A stretch of DNA of 36,399 nt, from NCBI RefSeq assembly GCF_006345805.1, contig NW_021828080.1:1-36399 (forward strand), written 5' to 3'. Below are positions 11,271 to 22,954 of this stretch, piece after piece. A program made the translations under genes and the position numbers. The notes under the pieces were generated by a model. The model did no database searches. It was not told where the DNA came from and was given only the letters and a program-made list of their open reading frames with translations. The first letter of the stretch is position 1; every line of letters begins with the position of its first letter. This stretch comes from Octopus sinensis (Eukaryota).

Positions 11271-12091
11271 TGTTCTTTCTTTCAGTTATATAAGTTTATC
11301 TACTACTAAATATCCACTGAAATATATAAATATATAAAATATATCATATCATCTCAGGATACAATCTGTTCCACCAATTAATATTATTTGAGGATGTGTT
11401 TTCTTAGTTATCGCATTTTAATAATTTATAATTCATTGTTACTTTGCAATTCTTCTTTAGCAGGGAATGCTTTTATGTCTAGCATAGAATAAACCCCATA
11501 AATTCTGATTTCCAATTATCTTTTATGTCACTATAATTTTTAACATACTTTATTCCTGATCTTAATTATATGATTTTACTCTGTTGATATATAGTCGCTG
11601 AAATATATCCAAATCTCCATTATACAATAGTTTTATAAATAATCATTATTCTTCTGGTGGTGCTTTATTCCCAGCTTAACTCTAATCCTCCAGATTTATC
11701 ATCTCAAAGAAGGTCCAAGAAGCTCAGTTATTTTAACACACATTTAAGAACAAAAGTGAAATGACACTTCGTGTATGCTGTTGGTACTTTCCGTTGGTAT
11801 ATCAGCCACTGCAAAGCAGCAAGTTTCATGGCGTATGTATTATCCGTGGTAATCTCATCTATCAGAGACAGCCTTAGCTTATCTGAAACCACACAATGTA
11901 ATATTTACTTCATCATTTGAAGAACGGCTGAAAACGGCTTTAGAGTAGGATCGCTGCTATATTCAGTGAGCAGAGAGAAGGAGCAGAAAGCCACTCGATG
12001 AACAACTGATGGGTTTGTTTACAGAGTTTACCGATCAATCATGACACTCGACACTTCGCAAATATAACACACACACACACACACGTATAAC

Positions 12092-12151
<60 letters not shown>

Positions 12152-12207
12152 TTGCATATACATATACATATATATATATATATGCATAAATATATGCATA
12201 AATATTT

Positions 12208-12415
12208 AGGCGCAGGAGTGGATGTGTGGTAAGTAGCTTGCTAACCAACTACATGGTTCCGGGTTCAGTCCCACTGCGCGGCATCTTGGGCAAGTGTCTT
12301 CTGCTATAGCCCCGGGCCGACCAATGCCTTGTGAGTGGATTTGGTAGACGGAAAATGAAAGAAGCCTGTCGTATATATGTATATATATATATGTATATAT
12401 ATGTGAATATATGTA

Positions 12416-12492
<77 letters not shown>

Positions 12493-12700
12493 AGTTTGTT
12501 TGTCCCCCTAGCATTGCTTGACAACCGATGCTAGTGTGTTTACGTCCCCGTCATTTAGCAAAAGAGAACGATAGAATAAGTACTGGGCTTACAAAGAATA
12601 AGTCCTGCGGTCGATTTTCTAGACTAAAGGCGGTGCTCCAGCATGGCCACAGTCAAAGGACTGCAACAAGTAAAACAGTAAAACAGTAAAACAGTAAACA
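12208..12700 (+). mobile_element. SINE family A, full length
   Basis: ggcgcaggagtggatgtgtggtaagtagc..ggcggtgctccagcatggccacagtcaaaggactgcaacaagtaaaacag repeats; internal (TA)n(TG)n. Confidence 0.93.
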
Positions 12701-12744
12701 CTAATATTTGGTGTATACATAAATTTAAATGTAACAATATAAGT

Positions 12745-12778
12745 TTATATCTATCTATCTATATATATATATATATAT

Positions 12779-12865
<87 letters not shown>

Positions 12866-12895
12866 TTGACAGAGAGAGAGAGAGAGAGAGAGAGA
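12745..12895. repeat. Compound (TA)n(GATA)n(GA)n microsatellite
   Basis: Direct reading. Confidence 0.95.
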
Positions 12896-13110
12896 TAAAA
12901 TTCTTTATTAGCCACACAAGGCTGGACACAGACGGGACGAATTACAAAGTAGAGATTTTCTTGTTGGGGAGAGAAAAAAAAAGTGGGGTAGGTTTTCGAT
13001 CAAAAGGGATCGTGGGAAGGAAAAAAAAGAAAAGAAAAAACGATCACTAGTGATCGTGTATCACAGAAATGTCCCGATGTAAAACGTAAAGAGGGAAGCA
13101 GATAAGGTTT
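12895..13110 (-). mobile_element. Probable LINE 3' terminus (AATAAA followed by microsatellite tail)
   Basis: Minus strand ends cgtcccgtctgtgtccagccttgtgtggctAATAAAgaattttatct(ct)n, similar to the SINE B1 tail. Contains the 18-bp palindrome acgatcactagtgatcgt at 13040-13057. Confidence 0.45.
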
Positions 13111-13119
13111 ATCCAAAGA

Positions 13120-13508
13120 AAGAAAAGCCCGTCGTATATATATATATATATATATATATATGATATTAGGGAATAAATCCAAACTTACAGGGAAAAATTA
13201 GGTTTAGGATTAAATCCAATTTTATAGTATAAATATATTATATTATATTAAATTAGATATATATGGGGGTGTCTGTGTTTATGTGTCTGTGCTTGTCCCC
13301 CCTCCGATGCTGGTGTGTTTACGTCCCCGTAATTTTGTGGTTCGGCAAGGGAGACCGATAGCATAAGTACTAAGCTTACAAAGAATAAGTCCTGGGGTCA
13401 ATTTGCTCGAGTACTAAGCTTACAAAGAATAAGTCCTGGGGTCAATTTGCTCCAGAATTGGCTGCACTCAAATGACTGAAACAAGTAAAAGAGTAAAAGA
13501 GTAAGAGT
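13120..13508 (+). mobile_element. SINE family A 3' part, interrupted by a ~100-bp insert and carrying an internal ~43-bp tandem duplication
   Basis: aaagcccgtcgtatata..[tgatattagggaataaatcc..aaattagat]..agtactaagcttacaaagaataagtcctggggtcaatttgctc x2..gactgaaacaagtaaaagag. Confidence 0.85.
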
Positions 13509-14564
13509 ACATACATTGTTTTGTTTTGTTGCTTTTAATTTTTACCTTATATAGTAAAGAAAGCATTTAATATATACTTTTTCCCAATGTGATTTACAAA
13601 ATTTGTTTTGCTTTTACATTTGTATAAGAAATTTACTCATGATTCCATATTTGCTACTGAGATTAATTTTAACAAAAGTACCAATTATGTGATTATCGTC
13701 TTTAAAATGATTTAACTCTAGTCTTTTTTTTTCTTTCTAAAGCTGCAGAAATCAATATTAATTCCAAGCAGTTTTGTCAATTTAAGTGATATATTTTTGC
13801 TTAATCATTTCCAACGCCAGGTGAATATGTATGAAGCTTACACGTTCATTCACATTATAACAGAATCTTATAGCGATCTGACTTTCGCCAAAGGAAATCA
13901 TTCTTTAATACATTATCATTGAGCATCAATGCCGTCGCAATATCAAAGATAATTCACAAGAGATATTGGCGTTTATTCAGCATAAAGTTTGCCCTAAGGT
14001 TTAACACATACTGAACTACTTAAGAATTAAGAAACTGAGAAAATTCATAGCGGGAGATTTCATAACACACATCGATAATTTAATTGATGTCGTCGAAACG
14101 TCTATAACCTCTTTTGCTGACGGGCATCATCCTCAATATCATCCAGTTCTTGATTTTTAAACCTAAAGCCTACTTTGGTTTTGCTTCCAATCTATCCGGC
14201 ATCGACGTTTTCTCCTTTTTATATGGGATCTATATAATCATGTACTTGGATTGAATTAATCGATTTTGTCTTCTACTATATTCGGATTTATAATAATAAG
14301 TTTATTGCTTGCTTAACATAGAAGACAAAAGACCAAGACAAATTTTCATGCACTGATGGCAAGCGCAGAAGAGATCTTCAGAAGTGACCTATAACCATGC
14401 AATAGAGCTGACCTCACTGTTGGGTGCCTGAAAAAGACATGACACTCGTGTTATACCAGATCACAGATTAATTCCACCATGCAAAGGAAACACGACGGGC
14501 TTTCCACTCAGGACGCAAAGAAAAACAACCAAAGGAGATATCTAATGAGTCCTTCATTGCCTAA

Positions 14565-14720
14565 CTACTTATCTCGACTGATACTTTCTTTTGTGAACCC
14601 CGAAATGATAAAAGGTGAAGATGACTTCAAATAAACTATAAATTCAGATGCAAGAAACCACAAAGAATTCCGCCCACTCTGTGCTCGAATACTCTAAAGA
14701 TTCTAGCAAAACCCTGCCTG
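14565..14720 (-). mobile_element. SINE family B, highly degenerate
   Basis: gaaccccgaaatgataaaaggtgaagatgac..aaattcaga resembles the reverse complement of the family B core. Confidence 0.45.
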
Positions 14721-15419
14721 TTTATGTCTCATTGGTTTCAAACATATTCTCATTCTGCTTATTGGAAATTTCTTTTTCTTTTAAATAGCGAAGACAATGG
14801 CAGAGACACATAGATAATATAATTAAGCTATTTGGATGCCGTAGGGAGTTTCACATTTTCATTTCAATCATTGTTAAAAGAACAGTGCAGGACAGTCAAA
14901 GACCAAACCTAAAACACATCCTTATTTTTCTGGTCATTCCTTCGCTGATATTTGCTAATGGATCCTAAGATTTTCCAGTGGCAGATTTTAACCGAGAACT
15001 TTATTGATCTTTTGGTGTAAAAGAATACTAGAGACCAACGGGTGAAATTAGTATAGAAATCAAAAGCATATCAAACAGCAACCAACTTAGAGATGCACCG
15101 CGGCATTTTGAAGCAAACAGAATGTATACACAAAAAGAATAAGAACAACAACAACAATATGAATTTGCAATGTTTAACTTCAAAAAACAGTATGCGAGCA
15201 AATGGAGTTAATAGAAAAGATTATTGGATTAACATAAATTTAGTGACTGAGCTGTGTTTTACTAATCGTTGGCAATGTCCCAATCGTCACGTTTTGTCAT
15301 TACAGATTCAAAATGGAGATCGATATACGACAGAGAAAGAGTAGAGTGTTGTTGCTGATACGCACAAGAGAAACGTCGCAACGATTATTGAAATAAACAA
15401 AAGACTATGCATGCTTATG

Positions 15420-15529
15420 TATACATACTTACATATATATACATACATACATATATATATATTTATATAGCACATGTATATGACATATGTATGTATATAT
15501 ATATTATACATATAAGTATATAACATATG

Positions 15530-15582
<53 letters not shown>

Positions 15583-15682
15583 TATATATATATATATATA
15601 TATAATATATATATATATAAACATATATATAACATATCTGTATGCTTATATATACATAGCAATATATATATATACATAGCAT

Positions 15683-15730
<48 letters not shown>

Positions 15731-15796
15731 ATATAAACATATATATAACATATCTGTATGCTTATATATACATAGCAATATATATATATACATAGC

Positions 15797-15850
<54 letters not shown>
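15420..15850. repeat. Interrupted (TA)n microsatellite with an internally duplicated block (aacatatatataacatatctgtatgcttatatatacatagcaat x2)
   Basis: Direct reading. Confidence 0.95.
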
Positions 15851-15853
<3 letters not shown>

Positions 15854-15931
15854 CTGTGTCTTTTCATTTTTCAATTATCGTAAGATTTTTGGATGTACAT
15901 ATGTACATATGCGCGGGCGTTAAAACTTGTC

Positions 15932-16964
15932 TAAAACCATGAAAACAAGAAAGTATCATACTCAGTAACAAAACAGGCAAAGGAATATCTAAGTGAATTC
16001 CAAACCCGTGCTAAAATTGTTACCTTAGATATTCTTATTGATAAAGGGCAAGAAAAACCTCTCAATGGCAAATACCCAAAGAGAGCCACTAATGCCGATG
16101 TTGACAAAGCCTTTAGCCACGAATGGTTAGTATCTTCTGGCTTAAAATCAGAGACAGAAGGATTTACCTTAGCAGCCTAAAGTCAGTGTCTTCCTACAAG
16201 GAGCTACCAGGCCAACATATAAAAGAACGGCAGTAGCCCAACATGTCGTGTATATAAAATATAAACAAGAAAATGAAACCATCGATCATGTTGTCTCCAA
16301 GTACAGCTTTCTTGCGCCTGAAGAGTATCTCAATAGGTATGATAGAGCTGCACAATATATTCACTGGGTAATTTTCAAAACCTTGAACTTACCCTTTAAT
16401 AAAAACTGATGGGAACACAAACCACCCCAAGTACTTGAAAATGACAACATCTCACTCCTCTGGAACTTCACCATTCAAACTGACAGAAAGATAGATGCAA
16501 ATAGGCCAGATATTATATTGAAAGACTTCCGACAAAAATCATGCCTCCTCACTGATATGACTGTCCCAATCAACATAAATTTATCTGGCAAGACCTACCA
16601 AAAGCCGAGCAAGTATAAAGATCTTGAAATAGAAATTGTCAAAATGTGGAACCTCAAGAATAAAACAATACCTGTTGTCATAGATGCCCTAGGAGTGATA
16701 ACAAAAGGGGTTAATTGCTACCTAGCTCAGATACCAGGAAATCCAAATTTGGCAGAAATTCAAAAAATAGTGCTCATTGAAACTGCCCATATCCTACGTA
16801 AAATACTGTCTATGAAATCTCAAATTTTAAAACAAACATAATTTTTTTGTTTTCCTAAACATTTTCTAGAACAATACTTTCTGCAAAACCAAATATATGA
16901 CACCCTAGGCATAACACCAACATGAACTTCTAACTTGTTGTCTCTTGAGGTCTCTGGGTGAGAT

Positions 16965-16967
<3 letters not shown>
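15932..16967 (+). mobile_element. 5'-truncated, decayed R4/Dong-clade non-LTR retrotransposon (post-RT region, CCHC knuckle, restriction-endonuclease-like domain, 3' UTR)
   Basis: Manual translation: KPLNGKYPKRATNADVDKAFSHEWLVSSGLKSETEGFTLAA*SQCLPTRSYQANI*KNGSSPTCRVYK / ETIDHVVSKYSFLAPEEYLNRYDRAAQYIHW..WNFTIQTDRKIDANRPDIILKDFRQKSCLLTDMTVP..KYKDLEIEIVKMW..IPVVIDALG. The RPD..D..K..KY and PVVIGALG-type motifs are typical of R4/Dong. In-frame stops and a frameshift are present. Confidence 0.85.

Positions 16968-17027
<60 letters not shown>
16968..17027 (+). repeat. (TAA)n tract at the Dong-like 3' junction
   Basis: gagattTAATAATAA...; direct reading. Confidence 0.95.
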
Positions 17028-17261
17028 TTAATACCCTTATGCAATACCAGGTAGTGGCTCGAAATGTCCTGATGTAGTACCAAACAGTGACTCTCGTGGC
17101 TTCTGATCTTAAGTGATTGGAAGTGTTATCATGTACATTGTTTTATCTTGGTATAGCAGATGCGTTACAGCAAATATTCTGCTCAATTCCACAGATTTTC
17201 ATGTCAGTTGTTTGACCTTAACCAATTGAGCATGTCCCGCATTGGTTGACAATATGTGCAG

Positions 17262-17380
17262 GGCGGTGAGTTAGCAGAATCGTTAGCACGCCGGACGAAA
17301 TGTTTAGCGGTGTTTTGCCTGCGTTACGTTCTGAGTTCAAATTCGCCCATGTCGAATTTCCTTTTCATCTTTCGGGGTCA
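17262..17380 (+). mobile_element. SINE family B, 5' half
   Basis: ggcggtgagttagcagaatcgttagcacgccggacgaaatg..gagttcaaattcgcc..ttttcatctttcggggtc. Confidence 0.85.
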
Positions 17381-17397
17381 TGCGCTGTTCTCCCACT

Positions 17398-17439
17398 CAA
17401 TAATAATAACAATGATAATAATAATAATTATTATTATTA

Positions 17440-17482
<43 letters not shown>

Positions 17483-17483
17483 A

Positions 17484-17527
<44 letters not shown>

Positions 17528-17604
17528 CATCATCATTATTATTATTATTTTTATTATTATTATTATTATCATCATTATTATTATTATTATTGTTGTTGTT
17601 GTTG

Positions 17605-17638
<34 letters not shown>

Positions 17639-17685
17639 CATCATCATCATCATTATTATTATTATTATCATTATAGCTGTTGTTA

Positions 17686-17717
<32 letters not shown>

Positions 17718-17755
17718 TTGATTATTAGTTATTATTATCATTATTATTGTCATCA
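17398..17755. repeat. (ATT)n/(ATC)n/(GTT)n trinucleotide array
   Basis: Direct reading. Confidence 0.97.
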
Positions 17756-18339
17756 CCGTTAATGTTATTTTCTTTATTATTGTCCCTTATTGTCCTTGTT
17801 ATTTTACTTACCATCATACATTTCCCACCTTCTCTCTCACACATACCCTGTTTACCCCCTCTCTCTCTCTCTCGTCCTCTGTACACACACACACAACCGT
17901 TATTCACGATATTCGTGCGTCCTTGTGTGTGACTGTGAGAGCGCTTTCGTGAATGGTCGTCAGCGTTTGTGTATGATGTAAGCGACGAACCTAAAATATG
18001 CGTTTGTTTCTCGGATAGTTAGATGTTGTATTGTTGGCTAAGATTAAACGATCGAACCGATGCTTAGCCGGAGGCAAGATGGTTGAGCTGAATACTAAAT
18101 GACACAATGGGATTGAAATCATTTTAACAGGTTTTAAGTGTTATTTGAGATGAGATGAGACGGTAAGAGTAACCGGAGGTTAGCGCATGGAATCGTGATG
18201 GAGAGCGTGAGGTGTAGATGTAGATTAAGATGAAGGAGAGAGAGAGAGAGAGAGAGAGAGGGGGACAAGGAGGAGAAAAGGAGAGACAAGTAGGATGGGC
18301 TGGAGAAGTTTGGAGAAGATCCAATAGAAGTATGATAGA

Positions 18340-19145
18340 ATGAGAAGAAGAAGAAGAAGAAGAAGAAGAAAAAGAAAAAGAATAGGAAAAAGAAGAAGAA
18401 GAAGAAGAAGAGGAGGAGGAGGAGAAGGAGGAGAAGAAGAAGAAGAAGAAGGAGAAGAAGAAGAAGACGAAGAAGAAGAAGAAGACGAAGAAGAAGAAGA
18501 AGAAGAAAAAGAAGAAGAAGAAGAAGAAGAAGACGAAGAAGAAGAAGAAGAAGAAGAAGAAGACGAAGAAGAAGAAGAAAGAAGAAGAAGAAGAAGAAGA
18601 AGAAGAAGGAGAAGACGAAGAAGAAGAAGAAGAAGAAGAATAAGACGAAGAAGAAGAAGAAGAAGAAGACGAAGAAGAAGAAAGAAAAAGAAGAAGAAGA
18701 AGAAGAAGAAGAGAAGAAGAAGAAGAAGAAGAAGACGAAGAAGAAGAAGAAGAAGAAGAAGAAGAAGAAGAAGAAAAAGAGAAGAAGAAGAAAGACGAGA
18801 AGAAGAAGAAGAAGAAGAAGACGAAGAAGAAGAAGAAAGAGAATAAGACTAAGAAGAGAAGAAGAAGAAGACGAAGAAGAAGAAAGAAGAAGAAGAAGAA
18901 GAAGAAGAGTATGAATGGATGGAAGAAGCAGAAATCGAAGAAAAACAGGAAAATGAAAAAAGAACGACGAAGAGAAAGAGGAAGAAAGAGAAAAAAGAAA
19001 AGAAACAAAGCTGAAGATGACGGAGGGGAAAGAGAAGAGAAGAAAAAGAGAAGGATGAGATGGAGAAACCGGTGAAGATGAAGGGGTGAAGAGAGGGAAG
19101 AGAGAGGGAGAGAGATGGGAGAGCAAGAGAAGAAACGAGAAGAGA
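18340..19145 (+). repeat. (GAA)n purine-rich array decaying into GA-rich low-complexity sequence
   Basis: Direct reading; source of the poly-R/E and poly-F/S ORFs. Confidence 0.97.
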
Positions 19146-19273
19146 AAAGTTGTAGAACGTGCAGCAGATCAATGTTAGAATGGTTTTTGAAGTAAGGAAA
19201 TATGGGTAGAGGTGTCATTTTATCGATGCAGAAACGCATACAGGTACTCTGAGGGACATACAAAGACCAGCAT

Positions 19274-19304
<31 letters not shown>

Positions 19305-19361
19305 CGCACATATATATATAAATGTATGCATGTACATACACACACATATTTCTTCTTTTCT

Positions 19362-19517
19362 ACCGATGTTGGTGTTTATATCCCCGCAACTTAGCGGTGT
19401 GGCAAAAGACACCGATGGAATAAGTACCAGGCTTAGAAAAAATAAGTCCTGGAGGCGATTTGTTCGACTAAAAGCAGTGCTCCAGCCTGGCCGCAGTCAA
19501 ATGACTGAAACAAGTAA
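19362..19517 (+). mobile_element. SINE family A, 3' half
   Basis: accgatgttggtgtt..tccagcctggccgcagtcaaatgactgaaacaagta. Confidence 0.85.
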
Positions 19518-19554
19518 GTATAGGTCTTTATGTTTATATGTATTCTCTTTCACT

Positions 19555-19735
19555 CTTTTACTTGTTTCAGGTGGAGCACCGCCTTTTTAGTTGAGCAAAT
19601 CGACCCCAGGACTTATTCTTTGTAAGCCTAGTACTTATTATATCGGTCTCATTTACCGTACTGCTAAGTTACGAGGATGTAAACACACCAGCATCTGTTG
19701 TCAAGCGATGGTGGTTGGTACAAACACGGGCACAC
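19555..19735 (-). mobile_element. SINE family A, 3' half (tail-to-tail with 19362-19517)
   Basis: ttttacttgtttcag..gagcaccgcctt..cgaccccaggacttattctttgtaagcctagtacttatt. Confidence 0.85.
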
Positions 19736-19763
19736 ATATATGTTGTATATGTTTATATATGCA

Positions 19764-19918
19764 TGAGTGGCTGTGTGGTAAGTAGCTTGCTTCCCAACCA
19801 CACGGGTCCGGGTTCAGTCCCACTGCGTTACACTTTGGGTAAGTGACATCTACCATACCATCGGCCCGACCAAAACCTTGTGAGTGTATTTTGCAAACGG
19901 AAACTGAATGAAGCTCGT

Positions 19919-19957
<39 letters not shown>

Positions 19958-20108
19958 GTATGTCTTTGTGTCTGTGTTATCCCCCCCCCCATCACCGCTC
20001 AGACCGATAGAATAATTACCACGCTTAAAAAATAAGTATTGCGGTCGATTCTTTCGATTAAAACTTCAAGGTAGTGCCTCAGCATGGCCGCAGTCTAATG
20101 ACTGAAAC
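19764..20108 (+). mobile_element. SINE family A with internal deletion
   Basis: gagtggctgtgtggtaagtagcttgcttccc..cagcatggccgcagtctaatgactgaaac. Confidence 0.85.
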
Positions 20109-20131
20109 ATATATATATATATATATATATA

Positions 20132-20463
20132 TGGGTAAAGACCCCCTTCGGTCATGAATGACCATGGGATTGCACCTAGAAAGTTACCCTCCTAGACACA
20201 AGTCTGGGCAAGGTTGTTTATGGAAGACCAGCAGTCGCCCATGCATACCGGACTCCCCTCTCCACGACACCAGTGTTATCCAAGGGAAAGACAAAGGTCG
20301 ATACAGCTTGGCACCTGTGACGTCGCAACTCATTTCTACAGCTGAGTGAACTGGAGCAACGTGAAATAAAGTGCCTTGCTCAAGAACACAACACGCAGCC
20401 CGGTCCGGGATTCGAGCTCACAACCTCACGATCGTAAGCTCGACGCTCTAACCACTGAGCCAT
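20132..20463 (-). mobile_element. SINE family C, full length, embedded in (TA)n
   Basis: Minus strand begins atggctcagtggttagagcgtcg..gagctcgaatcccggacc (tRNA A and B boxes), then gttcttgagcaaggcact..; ends gggggtctttacccat; (TA)n on both sides. Confidence 0.85.
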
Positions 20464-21156
20464 ATATATATATATATATATTTATGAGTATATATATATA
20501 TATTTATGAGTGTGAATATAGTTATATTTTGGGACGGTCATTTTGTTAATGCTAAATAACACACGCATTATATATGCGTTCTTCACTTCAACTTTATTAT
20601 TGTTCATATTCTAGTGTGTCCTCTATATGGAAATCTCTCGTCGCACATCCTGTAACCTCTTCAGCGTAACCTCCTCTTCTGTAACCTCTTCTTCTCTTTA
20701 CTCCATTCAGAACAAAAATAAAGCTGAAATGAAGAATATATATATAGAGAGCATGTGTTTATTTGGCAAGAAAAATAAATCACCATCCCGATGTATAACA
20801 ATATCTGCTTCAACACACGATTTCGCAACAGGAATCTTGTAAAGCAAATGCATAAACTCTCTCAAACACACACTGGTGTGTGTAATTTTTGTATGCACAT
20901 TAGCATTTCGCTAAAACAGCCATAAATTTATATGGTAAATATATATAAACTGACAGATCGATTTATCCAAAGCGATTGATTTGCCACTGCTAATGAGTCT
21001 ACTACTCGTAGACAAAATTAGTCTAGTCCAGTGCTCCGAGCTTCGATCATAGGGCGGTTATCTGTCTCTTAAGAGACATGAGATTGGTGGCAACGCGCCG
21101 AACGATGTATTAAACGTTTATAAATTTCATCCGAGGATTATTGTTATTTTTACTAT

Positions 21157-21563
21157 GGCTGTGTTGTAATTAGCTTGCTTACCAACAACATGGTTCCGGG
21201 TTCAGTCCCACTGTGTGGTACCTTGGACAAATGTCTTCTACTATAGCCTCGGGCCGACCAAAGCCTTGTGAGTGGATTTGGTAGACGGAAACTGAAAAAA
21301 GCCCATTGTATATATGTATGTATGTATGTATATAGGTATGTGCGTGTATATGTTTGTATGTCTGTGTTTGTCTCCCTAGCATTGCTTGACAACCGATACT
21401 GGTGTGTGTATGTCACCGTAACTTAGCCGTTCGTCAAAAGAGACTGATAGGAATGAGCTTACAAAGAATAAGTACCGGGGTTGATTTGCTCGACTAAAGG
21501 AGTTGCCCAAGTATGGCCGCAGTCAAATGACTGAAACAAGTAAGAGAGTAAAACGAGTAAAGA
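21157..21563 (+). mobile_element. SINE family A, near full length
   Basis: atggctgtgttgtaattagcttgcttacc..gtcaaatgactgaaacaagtaagagagtaaaacgagtaaagag. Confidence 0.9.
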
Positions 21564-21564
21564 G

Positions 21565-21601
<37 letters not shown>

Positions 21602-21602
<1 letters not shown>

Positions 21603-21738
21603 CGACGAGCTTCTTTCAGTATCCGTTTGCCAAATCCACTCACAAGGCTTTGGTTGGCGCCAAGCTATAGGAGAAGACACTTGACCAAGGTGCCGCGAAG
21701 CGAGACTGAACTCGGAATCATGTGGTTGGGAAGCAGCA
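21602..21738 (-). mobile_element. SINE family A, 5' half
   Basis: acgacgagcttctttcagtatccgtttgccaaatccactcacaaggctttgg..catgtggttgggaagcag. Confidence 0.85.
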
Positions 21739-22324
21739 GACAGTCTGGAGTCACCCTATCTCAAAATTTCCAACCAACTGATTATGGTATTAGATTTGAT
21801 AAGATTTGAACCATTACAAGTCACCACCCCCACATCCAGTTTGTTCTTGTTTGGCTGTTGTCTAACGATGTGGTATACATGCCATCGCATTCATTGCATG
21901 AATTCCTTGAGAAGCGACCAAATGTGTTATGGCAACTTCAAGGAATACATGGACGTTTGTCAAATTTAATACAAAACTAAGGTGTAAAACATTTGAGAAT
22001 AACAATATCATCAGCTTCAGTGTCTGGTTATTATGATAGCATCTTGCTCAGATTTTCAAAGAGAATGCCAAACCGTTTGGGTATATGTTACCGTTATTGT
22101 TATTCTTGGAAAATTTGGAAAATAATTGAAAGTAAACACAGGCATGTGTGAAAAGAAATATTCGAATTATTGTAAGAAATTACCCCTTGGTAAACAGAGC
22201 TAACAACGGCTCATATGATTATACAGTTAATAACTGCACATGTCGGATTGTGACGGAATAAACTCTATGTTCAAAAATACGCTGCTCAGTTTATAGTTTC
22301 GGTTTTAGATATCGTTTGAGGTTT

Positions 22325-22626
22325 ATCTTTTATTTGTTTCAGGTGTTAGACTCCGGCCATGCTTGGGCAACGCCTTGAAGAATTTTTACTAGAATGAATC
22401 GATCCCTGCATTTATTATTATTATTATTATTGTTGTTGTTGTTGTTGTTATTTTGTTAAGCCTAGTACATAATCTATTGTCTCTTTTGCCAAACCGTTAA
22501 ATTACTGGGATGCAAACGCACGAACACCGATAGTCAAGCGGTGGTGTGAGACACCATAAGCACAAAGACGCACCCCGCACACACACACAAGTATATATAT
22601 ATATATATATTATATATATATATATT

Positions 22627-22670
<44 letters not shown>

Positions 22671-22852
22671 ATATGTATGTATATATTTATCATAAGGCGG
22701 AACTTCATTCAGTTTCCGACTACCAAATTCACTCAAAAGTATTTGGTCGGCCCGAAGTTACAATAGAAGACACTTGACCGAGCTTCCATGCAGTGGGATT
22801 AAACCCGGAGCCGTGTTGTTGGGAAGTAAGCTTCGTACCGCGCAGCCATGCC
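22325..22852 (-). mobile_element. SINE family A, diverged full-length copy
   Basis: ttgtttcaggtgttagactccggccatgc..cagtttccgactaccaaattcactc..gaagtaagcttcgtaccgcgcagccatgcc. Confidence 0.8.
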
Positions 22853-22954
22853 TAGAAAATATTAATGTCGTGTTTTAATTGTTAATGCTAAGTCCCAGGC
22901 TGGCTGCGATTTTACATAACCTATGAACTAAAGCGCTCCAGACGAGGCCATCTT

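Noticed and set aside
13366-13452. 43-bp direct repeat pair (also the 21-bp pair at about 36070-36110), CRISPR-like at a glance
   Set aside because: Adjacent tandem duplications without spacers, in eukaryotic repeat context.
14070-14108. Hairpin followed by gtcGAAAcgTCtat
   Set aside because: The 3' half of a hammerhead only; no CTGANGA box upstream.
17030-17258. Segment resembling, from memory, a common cephalopod interspersed repeat
   Set aside because: No second copy in the window, so not supportable from the sequence alone.
17256-17762. Poly-I/Y/N ORFs
   Set aside because: Translations of the (ATT)n array.
18131-18162. Plus-strand 32-nt AG..GTAAGA micro-exon candidate
   Set aside because: Stops in all three frames; could only be UTR and has no other support.
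18124-19347. 407-aa, 330-aa and 168-aa ORFs (poly-F/S/L/E/R)
   Set aside because: Translations of the (GAA)n tract; no domain content.
20395-20463. tRNA-like sequence (also the heads of SINE A, B and D)
   Set aside because: A and B boxes are present but run into SINE bodies without a proper acceptor stem; not tRNA genes.
20627-20900. Short open frames on both strands (e.g. EEEVTEEEVTLKRLQDVRREISI)
   Set aside because: Driven by a small gtaacctc tandem repeat; splice signals are inconsistent.
21062-21078. 16-bp palindrome tgtctcttaagagaca, resembling Nextera/Tn5 end fragments (CTGTCTCTTA)
   Set aside because: Only 10 nt match and the TACACATCT part is absent; chance is likely.
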